In this document: piece by piece, positions 61,682-64,000 of the stretch
Layout of the letters: each line of letters opens with the position of its first letter
Numbering within the stretch: position 1 is the stretch's first letter
Assembly: GCA_043228905.1 (NCBI GenBank)
Contig: JBHGNT010000012.1
Location: forward strand, 7,378,001-7,442,000
From: Azolla caroliniana
Taxonomy: Eukaryota; Plantae; Polypodiophyta
DNA length: 64,000 bases
Direction: 5' to 3'
Program-made: the position numbers and the translations under genes
Notes under the pieces: model-generated
The model's database searches: none
Told to the model about the DNA's origin: nothing
What the model saw: only the letters and a program-made list of their open reading frames with translations

Positions 61682-64000
61682 GCGTGTATTCCTGTTAGTC
61701 TTGTATGCCTTAGCGGACGCCGAATATGCCCCGAAATATCTCTGTAAGGTTTCCACAAGAGGGATGTCGAAATGTCTTTCTCCAAGTGAGGACAGGTAAA
61801 CTTTTTTTCGGATGGATGTGTTGGTGACCGTGTCTATATTGAGTTTCCTAGCAATGTCCAGGGCTTCAGGGTGAGCGGATGCCTCGGCAACTTTGATGTA
61901 TCCATCCAGGTGCTTTTCGACGAGCCATCTCCGCAAGGCGGCAAAAATATGGATCGACATAGTAGGTGGGTGAGACTCGTGGGTAGAGGGTGAGGTATGT
62001 TGGCTATGGAGAACGTGAGCTTTGTGGTATGATGGAGAGGAAGGTGAGTGAGGGGAGCGATGAGAGCGATGAGAGTTAGAAGATTGGTTTTTGTACTGTG
62101 CAGAAAACCTTCTATTTTCTTCTTTTTGTGGCCTAGGGTTCATTGGTCTGTGAGCCATCGTGGTGCCACGTGTTCTTGCTCTAGAAGTTTGTGCATGCAT
62201 CAAGTCCTTTTAATAACGTCACTATCTTCCCTTTTTTTTTCTTTTTTTCTTTTTTTCTTTCTTTCTTTTGTAACGGTTACATACAATATTATTTTTACAT
62301 TATAGTACAAGTAGGTCCCTCTACTTACTCCGCGGATTCGCCGGCTTTGTCCTGACCGGCGGGGAACGGGTTAGGTGGCATAGGCCCCAGGTAGGGTTTT
62401 AAGCGAAACCCATTCACCTTTTGTCGTAGCACCTCTCCGGCCAAGGTGCCAAGTTGAAACGTGTCGTTTTCCACTCCAACTATCCAGTACGGGCCTGCCC
62501 AACGGAATCTTAATTTTCCTGGCATTTGCCCCATGCATGTTTGAAAAACTAATACCCCCTTCCCAACCGTAAAATCCTTTTCACACGCATGCTGATGTCG
62601 GTCCACGAATGCTTTGCATCGCCATTGTTCTTGTTCCAATATGGCCATACTACATACCCGGGTTTCGCCTAGTTCTAACAGTTGTTGTCTAAGTCGTATT
62701 TGTTTGGATTTGTCCTTTTGCAGCTAGTCTCGTACTTGAATCCGCAGACTGGGTACCTAAAATTCGACAGGCATGACGGCCTCCAGCCCAAATGCTAGCC
62801 TGAAAGGCATCAATTGTATGCTGGTCTTATAGCTGGTTCGGTGTGGCCATAACGCGTTGTGCAATTTGGTATCCCAATCTGTTCTATTCTCATTGACTAT
62901 CTTTTTGAGGATAGTTTGTAATGTTTTGTTCGTGGCTTCGGCCAAGATATTTGCTTGTGGGTAATATGGCGTACTCTTTTGTGGACCATGGCGTAGTGTT
63001 GGGTCAGTTCACTGATGACCATATTCAGAAAGTGACTCCCTTGGTCACTGATGACCTCAATAGGGCAGCCAAAACGACACTAGATATGTTCGTAAAGAAA
63101 TTTTGTCGTGACTGCCGCGGTATTTTCGCATAGTGCTTTCGCTTCTACCCACTTGGTGTAGTAATCCATAGCCACCAGGATATACTTATTGCCGGTTCGG
63201 GCAACCGCCGGTGTAAAGGGCCCCACAAAATCGAGCCCCCACTTCTGGAAAAGATCCAACGACAACACAGGTTGATGTGGCATTCTCGCGACTTCCGTGG
63301 GCTGGCCCATCCGTTGACATAAATCACACTGTTTGCAATATTCATACACATCCTTTTGCGTAGTCGGCCACCAAAGTCCTACTTGCCAGATTTTTCGGGC
63401 CGTAACATCGCCCGCATAATGTCCTCCCGCCGTACCACAGTGAGCTTCGCATAAAACCGCTGCTTTCTCATCTTGTCGTATTCCATGCCTCTAGATGCCG
63501 TCACTGCCTTTGTGATGTAGGACGTTTTCAACTAAACAGAAATTATGACTTTGGATGGACAACCGTTTTTTCTCGTCCGTCCTTAGTTGTGGTGGCAGTA
63601 ACCCCGTGGTCAGAAACTAGGTCATTTCTATCAACCACCGATCCGGAAAAGTCTTTTCTGTTCTTGATGCTAAAGTTGCTATGTGCACAATGTCCGCATC
63701 TGGAAAGTCGTCGTCATCTTTTTGCGCCATTTCTCCATTATCCAATCTACTCAAGAAATCCGCCACCGCGTGTTGCGTACTCGGTCGATGTTGAATTACA
63801 AAGTCGGATTCTTGGAGCAACAGCATCCATCTAGCCAGTTTTCTTATTAGGGCCTATTTCCCAACCAGATATAGCAATGTCGTATGATCCACATGAAACG
63901 TGAATTTTCGCCCTAGCAAATAATGCCGGAATTTATTGATGTTGTATATCATACCCAATGCTTCACGTTCCGTTGTGGAATAGTTATGCTCAGCCGTTGA

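Larger units (their letters stand above)
52041..61697 (+). mobile_element. Solo LTR (about 747 bp, Copia-like) inserted in Gypsy A and split by Gypsy B
   Basis: TSD GTCTT (52036-52040 / 61698-61702). Begins TGTTAGGAAAC, ends TTCCTGTTA. Internal repeats of about 39 bp (52125-52320). U5 motif GTGGTTTTTCCCTA.TTTGGGTTTTCCACG shared with the LTR at about 46184. Confidence 0.75.
49641..62203 (-). pseudogene. 3' extra ORF of Gypsy A (62203-61698 joined to 52035-49641), fragmented
   Basis: Removing the nested inserts at TSD GTCTT joins ...SASAKAYK|TKEILNH...LEVECVHVN...FEGRAVDWGVIMG, followed by coiled-coil-like pieces ending QAILEEE*. Confidence 0.65.
49135..64000 (-). mobile_element. Ty3/Gypsy non-chromovirus (Athila/Tat-like) element A: RH-IN, 3' extra ORF and 3' LTR; runs off the window
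   Basis: RH 'WMLLLQESDFVIQHRP...VADFLSRL'. IN HHCC 'CKQCDLCQR', [41 protein letters not shown] (62325-64000). LTR-like block 49135 to about 49593 (TGTTAC...ACAACA) with a minus-strand TATA. Confidence 0.85.

Overview
Eukaryotic, land-plant nuclear DNA; the TE repertoire suggests a non-seed plant such as a bryophyte, lycophyte or fern (inference). I reconstructed three intron-containing genes by hand: exosome subunit RRP46 (+, 3635-8433, with a U12-type minor intron), the mitochondrial Fe-S scaffold IND1/NUBPL (+, 11011-24889, with a young Copia element in intron 5) and a group IIc-like WRKY transcription factor (-, 42818-37672). The rest is mostly transposon: L1-like and RTE-like LINE pieces, two hAT-type MITEs, solo LTRs and tandem repeats. 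From 45.4 kb to the end lies a four-level LTR nest: Copia > Athila/Tat-like Gypsy with a 3' extra ORF > solo LTR > a three-LTR Gypsy complex with a tRNA-Trp PBS, a 4-bp TSD and a candidate -1 frameshift after the protease. I found no CRISPR array, rRNA or intact tRNA gene. All alignments and folds were done by eye, so coordinates of degenerate relics are approximate.
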